A stretch of DNA of 64,000 bases, from contig DAIDJN010000040.1 of assembly GCA_027451365.1 (NCBI GenBank), forward strand, positions 1 to 64,000. Direction: 5' to 3'. Of this stretch, positions 29,730 through 39,768 are shown in pieces. The stretch is from Phycisphaerales bacterium (GTDB lineage: Bacteria > Planctomycetota > Phycisphaerae > WQYP01). Position numbers and translations under genes: made by a program. A model generated the notes under the pieces. That model was given only the letters and a program-made list of their open reading frames with translations. It had not been told where the DNA came from and searched no databases. Position 1 is the first letter of the stretch. Each line of letters opens with the position of its first letter.

Positions 29730-31106
29730 ATGAGTGATAAAGTATTCAAAGCCTATGACATTCGCGGGACTTATCCTGATCAACTCAATGAGGAACTCGC
29801 CTGGAAAATCGGCAATGCCACCGCACAGTTTCTGCGCATGAATCTGACCGGCCTGGACAAGGCCGATCGTCGCAAAAACATGGTCATCGTCGGACGGGAT
29901 ATGCGGCCCAGCAGCCCCTCAATGGCCGCCGCTCTTATTGAAGGCATTCGCGCCACCGGCACGGGCTGTATTGACATCGGCATGATCGACACGCCGATGA
30001 TTTATTACGCCATTAACCATCTGGGATGCTGCGGCGGCATTCAAACCACCGCCTCGCACAATCCGGCGAACTATAACGGGTTTAAGATCAGCGGACTGAA
30101 TGCCCGGCCGGTTGGCGAAAACACCGGTCTGCTGGAAATCAAACATTTGTGCACGAATATGCGACGTAATCCGTCTCCACACATTGGCGAGCTTGAACAG
30201 CTTGACCTTCGGGCCGGTTATAAGGCGCATGTGCTTAAGTTTTTGAAGGTGGCCCGACCGCTGAAAATTGTGGCCGATACCAGCAATGGCATGGGCGGCA
30301 AATTTATTCCGGAAATCTTCATGGGCCAGCCGAATCTGGAAATTATTCCGCTTAACCTGGAAATTACCGGCAGCTTCCGCCACGAACCCAATCCGCTGGT
30401 GGACGCAAACCTGCGGCAATTGCAGGAGGCCGTGCTTTCCAACGGTGCGGACCTGGGAGTCTGTTTTGACGGCGACGCCGACCGCTGCATTTTTGTGGAC
30501 GAACAGGCGCGCATTATCCGCTGCGATATCGCCACGGCGCTGCTGGCCCGCGATTTTCTCAAGAAAAACCCGGGTGCGGCCGTGGTGTATGATCTGCGTT
30601 CCAGCCGCGTGGTAAAAGAGGAAATTCAAAACGCCGGCGGCATGCCGCGCCGCGAGCGTGTCGGCCACGCCTTTATGAAAAAAGCGCTCGCGGACACCAA
30701 AGGCGTTTTTGGCGGTGAACTGTCCGGTCATTTCTATTTCCGTGACAGCTTCAATACCGACAGTGGCGCGATTGCATTTGCCTGCATGGTGTCTGTGCTT
30801 TCCCGTTATGACCTGCCGGTGAGCCAGGTGCTAAAGCCTTTGCAGCGCTGGCACAGCAGCGGCGAGATTAATTTTGAAGTTCAAGACAAGGACGGCGCAA
30901 TTGCCCGTCTGGCGCAGCGCTACAAGGATGCCGGCATTGATTATCTGGATGGCATTACCGTGGAATATGATACCTGGTGGTTCAATGTGCGGAAAAGCAA
31001 TACCGAGCCGCTTCTGCGGCTGAATCTGGAAGCAAATACCGCCGAAAACCTGAAAAAGAAGCTGGATGAAGTCGGTCGGCAGATTGGCGTGCCGGTGGCG
31101 CACTAG
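29730..31106 (+). CDS. Phosphomannomutase/phosphoglucomutase
   Basis: FKAYDIRG, TASHNP, FDGDADR and GGELSGH. Confidence 0.95.
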   Translation: MSDKVFKAYDIRGTYPDQLNEELAWKIGNATAQFLRMNLTGLDKADRRKNMVIVGRDMRPSSPSMAAALIEGIRATGTGCIDIGMIDTPMIYYAINHLGCCGGIQTTASHNPANYNGFKISGLNARPVGENTGLLEIKHLCTNMRRNPSPHIGELEQLDLRAGYKAHVLKFLKVARPLKIVADTSNGMGGKFIPEIFMGQPNLEIIPLNLEITGSFRHEPNPLVDANLRQLQEAVLSNGADLGVCFDGDADRCIFVDEQARIIRCDIATALLARDFLKKNPGAAVVYDLRSSRVVKEEIQNAGGMPRRERVGHAFMKKALADTKGVFGGELSGHFYFRDSFNTDSGAIAFACMVSVLSRYDLPVSQVLKPLQRWHSSGEINFEVQDKDGAIARLAQRYKDAGIDYLDGITVEYDTWWFNVRKSNTEPLLRLNLEANTAENLKKKLDEVGRQIGVPVAH

Positions 31107-31267
31107 CGGGCTTTTCGGCACGCGGGGCTTATTTGTGAAATTCCGAAATTTTTGCCTGTGCATGCGAACCGGCTCGCTGCCGAATCGGTAGAACCTTGTG
31201 GTGGCGATTCGGACTTAGCGCGTGCCGGGGCCGCGGCCAGATTTTCCCCTTTTTGAAAGGTGCATGG

Positions 31268-32731
31268 ATGTACCCACGGTCTGTGTTTCAAATTACTTCA
31301 CGATTTATCATACCCGGTCGCACGAGCGCCCTGGCCTGTTTACTGGTTGTCGGCCTCTTGATCGGACCGGCCACCGCAGGCGCACGCAGTCTGGCGGGAG
31401 AAATTTCCGGCTTGCTGGCTTCGCCACAATTGCGCGGCGCACATGTCGGCATTAATATCGTGGAATTGACCAGAACCGGTCCGAGTCCTGTTTTCAGCTT
31501 TCATGTGCGAACGCCGCTTATGCCCGGCAGCAACGGCAAGCTTCTGACCACATGCGCGATATTCGACCGTCTTGGCTCTCATGCCATGATTCAAACCCGT
31601 TTGTATCAGGTGGGTCATAATCTGGTGGTTGTCGGTGGTGGAGATCCGGCCCTGGGAGATCCTGTTTTATGTCGGCGCGCGGGCTGGAAAGTCACAAGCG
31701 TGTTTGATAACTGGGCGGCCCGTCTCAAAGCGCTAGGCGATACCCGCTTTCATGACATTATCGTGGACGATTCTATTTTCAATCAGCATTTTCGCAATCT
31801 TAAATGGCCCGGCGGACAGCGCATGGACTGGTACGAAGCGCCGGTGGGGGGGCTTAATTTTTCCTTGAATTGCGTTCAGTGGAATCCCGTGGTTTACAAC
31901 AATGGCGCCATCGGTATCAATCTCGTGCCCGACAGCCCATTTACGCCCGTTACCATTCAGGCCCGCCGCGGGCCGCTGCAAAGCTGCTGGTTGTGGCGTG
32001 CCGCCGGCAGCGACCATTTTTATTTGCGTGGTCAGGTGCGGGCCACCGGCGATTACGCCATGCAGGCCACTATCAGTGATCCGGGACTTTTTGCCGGAAA
32101 CGTGATGCGTCAGTCACTGGTCAATCAGGGGATTATCGTCAGCGGCGTCGTCAGGCGTGGCACACTGGCAGCGGCCGGAGGGACGCCGCGCCTGCTGGCA
32201 ACTTATGAAACACCTCTTCTGGACATTCTGCACCGCGCTAATACCGACAGCATTAACCTGATGGCTGAAAGCATGTGCAAACTGCTCGGGCATCTGGCCA
32301 CCGGTGAGCCAGGAAGCTGGGCCAATGGTGATGCCGCGGTGATGGCCTGGCTTGGAAAAATGGGGATTGGCCCGCAATTGGCTCACATGGTGGATGGTTC
32401 GGGCCTTTCGCACTTTGACCACATCGCGCCTGTGGCACTTACCGCGGTACTGGCAAAAATGGCCTATCGACCGGATGGACGGGCATTTATCAATACACTT
32501 TGCCGCCCGGGCCACGGAACGCTGATTCATCGCTTCATGGGGTCGCCGGTGGGCAAGCATGTTCGCGCCAAGGACGGCCATATTACCGGGGCATCCACGC
32601 TTAGCGGCTATTTGTTTGTCGGCCAACGCACTTTTGTGTTTTCCATCATGTGCAATTACTACCATGGCAACGTCAATCCGTGGCAGGACCGCCTGGTGAT
32701 TGACCTGTACAACTGGGCCAAGCGCCACTGA
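31268..32731 (+). CDS. dacB: D-alanyl-D-alanine carboxypeptidase/endopeptidase (PBP4, peptidase S13)
   Basis: PGSNGKL (SxxK), GGGDP, SIN (SxN), DGSGLS and AKDG (KTG variant). Confidence 0.88.
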   Translation: MYPRSVFQITSRFIIPGRTSALACLLVVGLLIGPATAGARSLAGEISGLLASPQLRGAHVGINIVELTRTGPSPVFSFHVRTPLMPGSNGKLLTTCAIFDRLGSHAMIQTRLYQVGHNLVVVGGGDPALGDPVLCRRAGWKVTSVFDNWAARLKALGDTRFHDIIVDDSIFNQHFRNLKWPGGQRMDWYEAPVGGLNFSLNCVQWNPVVYNNGAIGINLVPDSPFTPVTIQARRGPLQSCWLWRAAGSDHFYLRGQVRATGDYAMQATISDPGLFAGNVMRQSLVNQGIIVSGVVRRGTLAAAGGTPRLLATYETPLLDILHRANTDSINLMAESMCKLLGHLATGEPGSWANGDAAVMAWLGKMGIGPQLAHMVDGSGLSHFDHIAPVALTAVLAKMAYRPDGRAFINTLCRPGHGTLIHRFMGSPVGKHVRAKDGHITGASTLSGYLFVGQRTFVFSIMCNYYHGNVNPWQDRLVIDLYNWAKRH

Positions 32732-32863
32732 TCCGGGCAAGTCCCGGATTATCCAGCCAAAAGGCAAAGTTCCTGATTAAATCCGGACAGGCGCAGTGAC
32801 ATGTGGACTGCACGCAAGCTGCCGCGTCTTGCCCGTGGTGATTTGCCGGGCGCAGCGCAATCC

Positions 32864-33580
32864 TTACCGCACCAGGCTCAGCAGTTTTGACCGGCGATTC
32901 AACTGCTCCTGCAAAAAATTAAACGCCATCTTCGCTCTGGGTACATGCGGGACTTCCAGAAGCGGGGTTATTTTGTCCGTGCTGCGCACGCAGATTGTGC
33001 CCACGCCCAGAATGCGCTGCACAAAGCCCTGATGCAGTTGAATATCCAGAACGCAGTTTAAGGATACCCAGTCTATCTGGCGTGTAAAAATACCTTTCTG
33101 TGTCTCAATTCGGTTTTCACTGATAATGCATCGTGTCATGCGCGCATGCAGAAAAACAAAGAACGCGGTGATCACCACCACGCCCGAAACGCCTGCGACA
33201 ATCATGCCCGCCCACGGCCGCAAAGATGGAATTAGAAATAATCCGCCAGCCAATATTTCCACCATCAGGCAGGTCAGGTATTTCCAGAAATTATCCCACT
33301 GCGAAAGACGCAGAACAATGATCGGTGCGGAATCATCCATCGCCGTTGCAGCCGGTGGGGGCCTTTTCTGACTTTCAGTTGCCGGGGCTTGGGCCGCGTC
33401 GGTTTCCCGATCGCCCAAAGACTGCGCGGCAACAGACGTGGCCACAGCCAGGACTGGAATTATCACGCGGCTGCACGCCGGGCAGACCACATGCCGCCCA
33501 ATCTGGTTTGGGTCCAGCACAAGCCGACGGCCACACACGCATTGTGCGGCAAATGCCTGAATGGTAGATTGATCGCCCAT
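32864..33580 (-). CDS. Membrane protein with a Cys-rich N-terminus and bacterial PH domain
   Basis: CVCG...CPAC; two TM helices; IETQKGIFTR...QGFVQRILGVGTI (bPH_2-like). Confidence 0.75.
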   Translation of the reverse strand: MGDQSTIQAFAAQCVCGRRLVLDPNQIGRHVVCPACSRVIIPVLAVATSVAAQSLGDRETDAAQAPATESQKRPPPAATAMDDSAPIIVLRLSQWDNFWKYLTCLMVEILAGGLFLIPSLRPWAGMIVAGVSGVVVITAFFVFLHARMTRCIISENRIETQKGIFTRQIDWVSLNCVLDIQLHQGFVQRILGVGTICVRSTDKITPLLEVPHVPRAKMAFNFLQEQLNRRSKLLSLVR

Positions 33581-33599
33581 GCAATCTTTGCTCCGGCAG

Positions 33600-34925
33600 T
33601 TATTTCCGCAGCAGTGCCGCGTCCAACCAGTCCATGCGCGCCCGCACATCGAATCGTGCGCCATCCGTAACCTGCAATGAAAGCACGCGGCCATTGGTCA
33701 CATTCAGATTCACCAGTTGCAGCGGTGTGCCGACTTGCAGCAGCCCCGAATGCCAGATGACTTTTCCATCCAGCAGAACGCGGGCTTGCGACCGGCCGAA
33801 TGGCGCAGCGCTCTGGTCCATGGCGGGCAGGAAAACGAAACGCCGATAGCCGCCATTGAGGGTATACGCAAGCGTGCTTGTGGCATGCACTCCCAGACCA
33901 TGCGAAAACCGGCGGCCGTCTGCCCGCAACGGCCCCCCCATCACATTCAAATTTCGCCGCGCCGGCCATTGGTTTGGCTCGCCGAAATAAGGAACCTGGC
34001 TGGCAATACTGGGACTAAAATCGGTCAGCCACTGGGCCTGACCGCCGCAAATGGACACTTTTAATACAGTGGACCGTAAAAACGACAGCGGCTTGCCGCC
34101 AGGTCCCTGGCAAGTCACCAAGCCCGATTTCCAGGTCAGGTTGTGCACCAGCAGTACGGAACCGTGGGAAAGGCAAACGCGTTGCGCCAGCCCATGTACA
34201 GGCATCGTCCCCACCGCCCCCCCCAACACCATATAGCGAATGCGGGACCATGGCACTGTGGCATTACCAAGCGAAGTTGACCATTGGACGTCAGTTGGGC
34301 CAAGTGTATTCATCGCGCCAACAAGTGTAGTGCCATTGGTCAGATACAAAGTGTCATTAGGTGTCGCCACCGGACGAATGGCTGGCACCGCACCATACCG
34401 AACCGCCGCAACGTCGGCCAAAGGAACATCCAGCATTCCGATGCCGCGGGCCTTTATCGTCAGATCGCCGGCGTTCAGGGTTTGCGGCTGGCCGGCCACA
34501 ACACTGCCATTGCGCAGCAATACCTGCCAGCCGCGCGCTGGCGCGATGTCGGCACCGATGCGGGTTACCTCCAGAATGTCCGCGGTGGCAAATCGCGATT
34601 TTGTGGTTTGACCGTTGTGCGAAATAGTGATGGCCAGACCGGTCGATTTTGACCAGTCGCCGGCCCGCACATCGGACAACTGCATGAATCCGCCGGTACC
34701 GCCGGCAGTCAAGGACAATTTCCCCAACTGTACATTCCAGCGAGCTTGCGCGGTCTTGCCTCCGGTCTTTTTATGAACGGCCAAAGGGCTTGTCGGGATT
34801 CGGACGGCGGCCACGCTTATGGCCGCACAAGCCGGTGCCAGCAGAGCCGTCAGCAGGGCGAATGTCCAATACGGATTTGCCGCAGAATATTTCATAGTAT
34901 TTCGAATATGTGCATTCGTTGACAT
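33600..34925 (-). CDS. Exported protein with a C-terminal NPCBM/NEW2 domain
   Basis: Signal peptide; C-terminal HGLGVHATSTLAYTL...F....D...V.LDG...L.V.....L.L.V......WLDA. Confidence 0.8.
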   Translation of the reverse strand: MSTNAHIRNTMKYSAANPYWTFALLTALLAPACAAISVAAVRIPTSPLAVHKKTGGKTAQARWNVQLGKLSLTAGGTGGFMQLSDVRAGDWSKSTGLAITISHNGQTTKSRFATADILEVTRIGADIAPARGWQVLLRNGSVVAGQPQTLNAGDLTIKARGIGMLDVPLADVAAVRYGAVPAIRPVATPNDTLYLTNGTTLVGAMNTLGPTDVQWSTSLGNATVPWSRIRYMVLGGAVGTMPVHGLAQRVCLSHGSVLLVHNLTWKSGLVTCQGPGGKPLSFLRSTVLKVSICGGQAQWLTDFSPSIASQVPYFGEPNQWPARRNLNVMGGPLRADGRRFSHGLGVHATSTLAYTLNGGYRRFVFLPAMDQSAAPFGRSQARVLLDGKVIWHSGLLQVGTPLQLVNLNVTNGRVLSLQVTDGARFDVRARMDWLDAALLRK

Positions 34926-34947
34926 ATTGTCTGGTCCTGTGGCAAGC

Positions 34948-36060
34948 TTATTTTTGCAGAATGGGCAGCACCCGATCGGGAATCTGGAGAATTATCAGCG
35001 CCATGGCCGTGCCGTAGCTCGTTCCGGGGCCGCCGCTCCAACTGCCATCATCCTGCTGGCGCTTCAGCAGGGTGGAACTCATTGCCGGCCACCATTTGCC
35101 CCACCAGGGGCCGCCAGCCAGAAACATGGCCTGCGTGCCATAGTAATTGCCGTAAAAAAAATTCCCCTGATTATTGCCCGGCGTTCCCGGAAGGCAACCC
35201 ATCAGATAATGCACCGCATTGGTGATTGCATGGCCGGAATAAACACCCGAATAAAACAGCAGGGCTACCCCCGCCGCCGATCGCGGAAATGCCGAACCCG
35301 GCATTTGCAGCATGTAACTGAATCCTCCATCCGGATTTTGGAGCTGGCGGACAAAATGAATCGCCCTCTTGATTGTCTGGCGCGGCACTGAAATGCCCGC
35401 CTGCCTCGCCGCCCGCAACGCCATTACCTGACATATCGTGACCGATAAATCCGCATCCATCGGCATTGGCTGATAGCGCCAGCCGCCGGCGGTGTTCTGG
35501 GTTTCCACAATCAGCCGGACCGCGCGTTGCAGTTTGCGCCGCAGGGCCGCCTGATGTGATTCGCCATAGGTTTCCGCCAGAAACAGCGTCGCAAATCCGT
35601 GGCCATACATCGGAGAGCCATCCTGCGGCCCGGCAATCAGGCCGGATTGCTGGCAATGTTTTAGAATATACGACAGCGCTTTGGCGACCTGATTGCCATA
35701 TTGCCCCTGACGCGGCAGGTTGCCGCCCGCCACAAATGCCAAGCCGCCAAGTGCGGTGATCGCCACCGATCCATGATCAAATGAACCATCTGGATTCTGC
35801 CGCTTGGCCAGCCACCGCAGACCTTTGTGCACAGCGCGTCGCACTGCCGGCGTTTCTTCCTGATGAATCGGGCTGACCTGACCAAATGTGACCGCACCGG
35901 AACCGGCCGGGGTCGCGGCGGAAGCGATGCCTGGTCCGCCAGCGGTGGGCAGAACAAGCAGGGCAATGCCCGTGGTCCAACTGCGAAATAATTTGCGAAT
36001 GCGGCCGCGCCGCGCGGGGCGGACTTCGGCTTGGGGTGCATTCAATTCTGTGTACCGCAT
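34948..36060 (-). CDS. Prenyltransferase/squalene-cyclase-repeat protein
   Basis: Repeated QNPDGSF, QNTAGGWRY, QNPDGGFSY and QQDDGSW motifs; MYGHGFATLFLAE; start uncertain. Confidence 0.85.
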   Translation of the reverse strand: MRYTELNAPQAEVRPARRGRIRKLFRSWTTGIALLVLPTAGGPGIASAATPAGSGAVTFGQVSPIHQEETPAVRRAVHKGLRWLAKRQNPDGSFDHGSVAITALGGLAFVAGGNLPRQGQYGNQVAKALSYILKHCQQSGLIAGPQDGSPMYGHGFATLFLAETYGESHQAALRRKLQRAVRLIVETQNTAGGWRYQPMPMDADLSVTICQVMALRAARQAGISVPRQTIKRAIHFVRQLQNPDGGFSYMLQMPGSAFPRSAAGVALLFYSGVYSGHAITNAVHYLMGCLPGTPGNNQGNFFYGNYYGTQAMFLAGGPWWGKWWPAMSSTLLKRQQDDGSWSGGPGTSYGTAMALIILQIPDRVLPILQK

Positions 36061-36369
36061 GATCACAACCCTTCTTCTGGTCAGATGAATCGGGCGCTCC
36101 ATACAGATAGTGTAATTGCCCGTCGAACGAAAGGCCAATGAAATCTGTTTGTATTTCCAATCGGGGGCGCCACTTTTTCAGGCGGATGGACCAATTTCAG
36201 CGGGAAGTCCCGACCGCAATCGGCCAGATAAATCCGTATCGGTCATTTTTTAACAAATCCATGGATTCCATTCATTGCTTCAGCCTTGAAAACGGGCCGC
36301 CGTGCCAGAAATTGCCGGCCGCCGGGAAATTGGCGGTTCCTGGCATTCCGCAGATGGACCTTTGCCCGG

Positions 36370-37143
36370 TCAGTCCGGTATAGGTGTCTGGTCGGCCACC
36401 GCCGCCACCACGGCACTGATGCTGGCCGGTCTGCGGTTTGGTGGCAACGCCCGGAGTGCGGTTGCCGCCGCGTGCAGCGTGGCACCGGTGGTACACACAT
36501 CGTCCACCAGCCAGACATTCATGCCCGCAAGATCAAATTCCACCAATGCCCCAAAAGCGCCGGCAAGATTCTGAGCTCGGGCCGAGGCGCTTTGGGTATG
36601 GGTTTGTGGCCGGGTGGCGCGCCGTCGCCGCAGTACCTCGCCCAGTGGTACGGCCAGCCGGTCCCCAATTCCATCGGCGAGCTCGGAAGCCTGATTAAAG
36701 CCGCGGCTCCATCGCCTGAATGGATGCAACGGTATGGGAATCAGCAGGTCCACCGGACTTTCCGCCCAATGCCGCATTGCGGCGGCCATCCATTCCGCCA
36801 ATACCGGTGCGATGCCCCATCGTCGCTGAAACTTTAACTGGTGGATCAGACTCGAAAGTGGCCCGGACAAGGGTCCGGCGCGCACCAGTTGCCGGACGGT
36901 TATGGAACGCGCCGGACAGCGCGGGCACCCACTGGACTGTGCATGGGGACCCGTTGTCATGCCGCATTTCAGGCAAAAGGGCCACCGTCCGAATTTTTCC
37001 AGCCTTTGGCGGACTGCCGCGGAAAGCCCGTTCTCATGCGCGGCCAAACCGGCGCCGGTAACCCAGCAACTTTTTGGAAAAAGTGCCTGGTCCGCCCAAA
37101 GTCCCGGATGGGCGGCGTGGCTGATCATTTTCCACGCATTCAT
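36370..37143 (-). CDS. comF: ComF family protein (zinc ribbon plus PRTase domain)
   Basis: CxxC pairs, PIPLH...RGFNQA and LVDDVCTTGATL. Confidence 0.88.
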   Translation of the reverse strand: MNAWKMISHAAHPGLWADQALFPKSCWVTGAGLAAHENGLSAAVRQRLEKFGRWPFCLKCGMTTGPHAQSSGCPRCPARSITVRQLVRAGPLSGPLSSLIHQLKFQRRWGIAPVLAEWMAAAMRHWAESPVDLLIPIPLHPFRRWSRGFNQASELADGIGDRLAVPLGEVLRRRRATRPQTHTQSASARAQNLAGAFGALVEFDLAGMNVWLVDDVCTTGATLHAAATALRALPPNRRPASISAVVAAVADQTPIPD

Positions 37144-38609
37144 TTGGCAAGCTCCTGAAGAAAGCGCGTGAACTGATCGGCGATGTCCGTCGCTGTGTTA
37201 TCGGTAATCGCGGCTTTGCGCCATGTCAACGAGAAGCTTAATTGCAATCCTTCCTCCAGAGCATCCGTGTTGGCGGCTGCCCGATACGGGCCGGTTGTAG
37301 TCAGTGTGAAAACCATGGGCAGAAGTGGTCCGGTCGGTGAAATCCGCACGAAATCCAGAATTGGAAACGCGTCATCAGGCGTCGGTGGGCACATCCAATC
37401 TCCGGTCAGATTCACATTGGAAATCCCTGCCGCCACCGGCGTGTTTTTCTGGAAAAATACGGCCTGATGCCGCGGCTCGTGATAAAATCCCCAGAAAAAC
37501 CGTGCCACATCCAGTGAGCGAAGTGTCGCACGCACTGCACCGGCGGATTTAAACTTCCGTGTCTGACTGGAAACAGCCTCGACCAGACAATCGCGTTTGG
37601 GACAGTCGCCCATATTGACGCGCGTAGTGGAAAATCCCAGAAAAAGGCCGAAAACATTGTGAACCTCCGGCTCCGCCGCCGGACGCATGTCCACAATGGT
37701 GCCCAGGGCAATCCGATTCCGCGGTCCGAGCATTCCGCCAATGGTAGACGCGTGACTGGCCCGCATCAGCGCATCAATGCATTGCGCCATCGCCGCCAGA
37801 AACAGGTCATTGACGCTGGCCTTCCGTCGGCGGGCGGCGAGCCGCAAATGTTCTATGAGGCCCGCGGGCAATTTCCGGATTTTCAATCCCACTGAAAAGT
37901 CCAGCGGATCGCTTACATTCAACCGAAATGCGCGCCGGTGCTGAATATAGTATTTAAGTCCGGTCGAAATGCTGCCGCACCATCCAACGGGCGAAAATTT
38001 TCCCGTCGGGGGCCATCGAAAATTTTCGTCCGGCAATCGCAGGTCCGCAGTTGAACCATCCGGTCTGCTGAATTTCCGGTCCAGATAATATTCGGCCAGC
38101 AGGCGCATGAACTGCCGCATGGCGCTGCTGTCCGCCAGCCAGTGATCATAAATTACCAGAATCCAGTGCGATTCGGCCGGGTCAGGTACGTTAGCCGGGT
38201 CGCCTGGAATTATAAAAAAACGCAGCGGGAGGTCGGAATCGCCAAACGGCAGATTGAACTGATGCGCCGCGGTTGCCTCCAGTGTCGGACCCCCGATTTG
38301 GATTGCAACAGACTTGACCGGATGAAAACAGACATGTTCACTCTTGAATTCAGGAACCCCCAGTCCGATTTTCCGCAGCACGCGGATTGCCGCCGCGCCC
38401 AGCCGGACCGTATCCGGTGAACCGCGCACGCGCATCGCCTGTCCGGCGTTATAAGGCCCCAGCCGCGTCCACTGTTTCATAAACATTTGAAATGTATTCA
38501 GCGGTACCCGGCGCAGCGGCGGTGTGTCGGCCGGCGGTTCTCCAGCCGTGGCCGCGCGCTCGTCCGGCGGGCGGTCTTCCGGTTTGATATACGGGGAGTC
38601 TTCAACCAT
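37140..38609 (-). CDS. Condensation-domain/CoA-dependent acyltransferase-like protein
   Basis: PYNAGQ, DHWLADS (HxxxD), SVNDLFLAAM, VDMR, and C-terminal SNVNL. Confidence 0.65.
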   Translation of the reverse strand: MVEDSPYIKPEDRPPDERAATAGEPPADTPPLRRVPLNTFQMFMKQWTRLGPYNAGQAMRVRGSPDTVRLGAAAIRVLRKIGLGVPEFKSEHVCFHPVKSVAIQIGGPTLEATAAHQFNLPFGDSDLPLRFFIIPGDPANVPDPAESHWILVIYDHWLADSSAMRQFMRLLAEYYLDRKFSRPDGSTADLRLPDENFRWPPTGKFSPVGWCGSISTGLKYYIQHRRAFRLNVSDPLDFSVGLKIRKLPAGLIEHLRLAARRRKASVNDLFLAAMAQCIDALMRASHASTIGGMLGPRNRIALGTIVDMRPAAEPEVHNVFGLFLGFSTTRVNMGDCPKRDCLVEAVSSQTRKFKSAGAVRATLRSLDVARFFWGFYHEPRHQAVFFQKNTPVAAGISNVNLTGDWMCPPTPDDAFPILDFVRISPTGPLLPMVFTLTTTGPYRAAANTDALEEGLQLSFSLTWRKAAITDNTATDIADQFTRFLQELAK

Positions 38610-38670
38610 AGCGAATCCGGAACTCCAAAGCAGACATGCGCTCCATTGGCATGACGATCAGGGTATATTA

Positions 38671-39342
38671 TCAAGGCCACACTTTGGGAATAAAACGGCC
38701 GACGTTGCTCCGGTATTGCTGATACTGCTGGCCATGCAGTTGAATCAGATAGGTTTCTTCACGCCGCGCTTCAATTTGCAGCATGGAAATGTGAATAATT
38801 GCGGTCAGAATCATCAGGGGCGTGGGCAGCGCCATGACCGTGCCGATCATCAGAAACATGGAAAGCGCATAAATCGGATGCCGGACATAACAATAGGCGC
38901 CCCGTACCACCAACTCAGTTTTTTCCTTCGGGTCAATACCAATCCTCCAGGACCGTCCCATCTGCCGCCAGCAGATGAACGTCAGTACCAGACATATTCC
39001 GCCGATCAGCGCGCCTGTCCCGGCCAGAATCACTGTGGGCGGGCCTTCCGCCAGCACAGGTGAAAGAATCCATGATCGCGGACCATTTGCCGACTCAAAC
39101 ATCCATGGCTGCAGACACCAAGCGGCAACGGCCGGTGCCCAAAGCAGACGCATCAATCTGCCGACCGGCTCGCGTGGGATCACATTGGGGTCCTTACCGA
39201 TTGTTCTGCGTATTCGCCAGCTTTTTATCGCTACCGTGCCCCAGTAAATCAACAATTCCAGACCGCACGCCAGAACCGCCAGTTTTATCAGTCCGTTTTC
39301 CGGTGCCATTAATCCTGTCCGCCAGACACATACATCCGGCAC
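38671..39342 (-). CDS. Isoprenylcysteine carboxylmethyltransferase (ICMT/PEMT) family membrane protein
   Basis: MGRSWRIG...LVVRGAYCYVRHPIY...EE.YL...G..Y..Y...VGRFIP. Confidence 0.9.
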   Translation of the reverse strand: MPDVCVWRTGLMAPENGLIKLAVLACGLELLIYWGTVAIKSWRIRRTIGKDPNVIPREPVGRLMRLLWAPAVAAWCLQPWMFESANGPRSWILSPVLAEGPPTVILAGTGALIGGICLVLTFICWRQMGRSWRIGIDPKEKTELVVRGAYCYVRHPIYALSMFLMIGTVMALPTPLMILTAIIHISMLQIEARREETYLIQLHGQQYQQYRSNVGRFIPKVWP

Positions 39343-39768
39343 CTATTGTAACGGTTCGGGGCACCGGAACCAGCATGGCGTGTCGGTTCAGGGATGAACA
39401 ATTTGGATCAGGCATTCCGCCGGAGGTAGTTCAGCTTTCCCGACCGCTTGCTCCGGACCGCAAAATCAGTCCATAAAAGGCCTGTCGGTGCCGCAAAAAT
39501 CCAAGTGTTACCGGCAGCGTCCCAAAAGCATTATTCCGGTCAATTCTTTGCATTAAAGTTCTGATTTGTTCGATAGAAATCTTGTACATGTTGGTTTGAG
39601 TGCAACCGGGAAAAGATGTTCATTTCACCCGGACACTCGGTTCTGAAGATTGAGTTGTTCACGTTGGAACAGTGACCGCGCGTATCCGGTGATACACCGC
39701 GAAGCACCGTCCATCGCGAAATCCATCGGCACTTTTCACGTGCCGATGGACCAACAAAGGAGGTTGCC

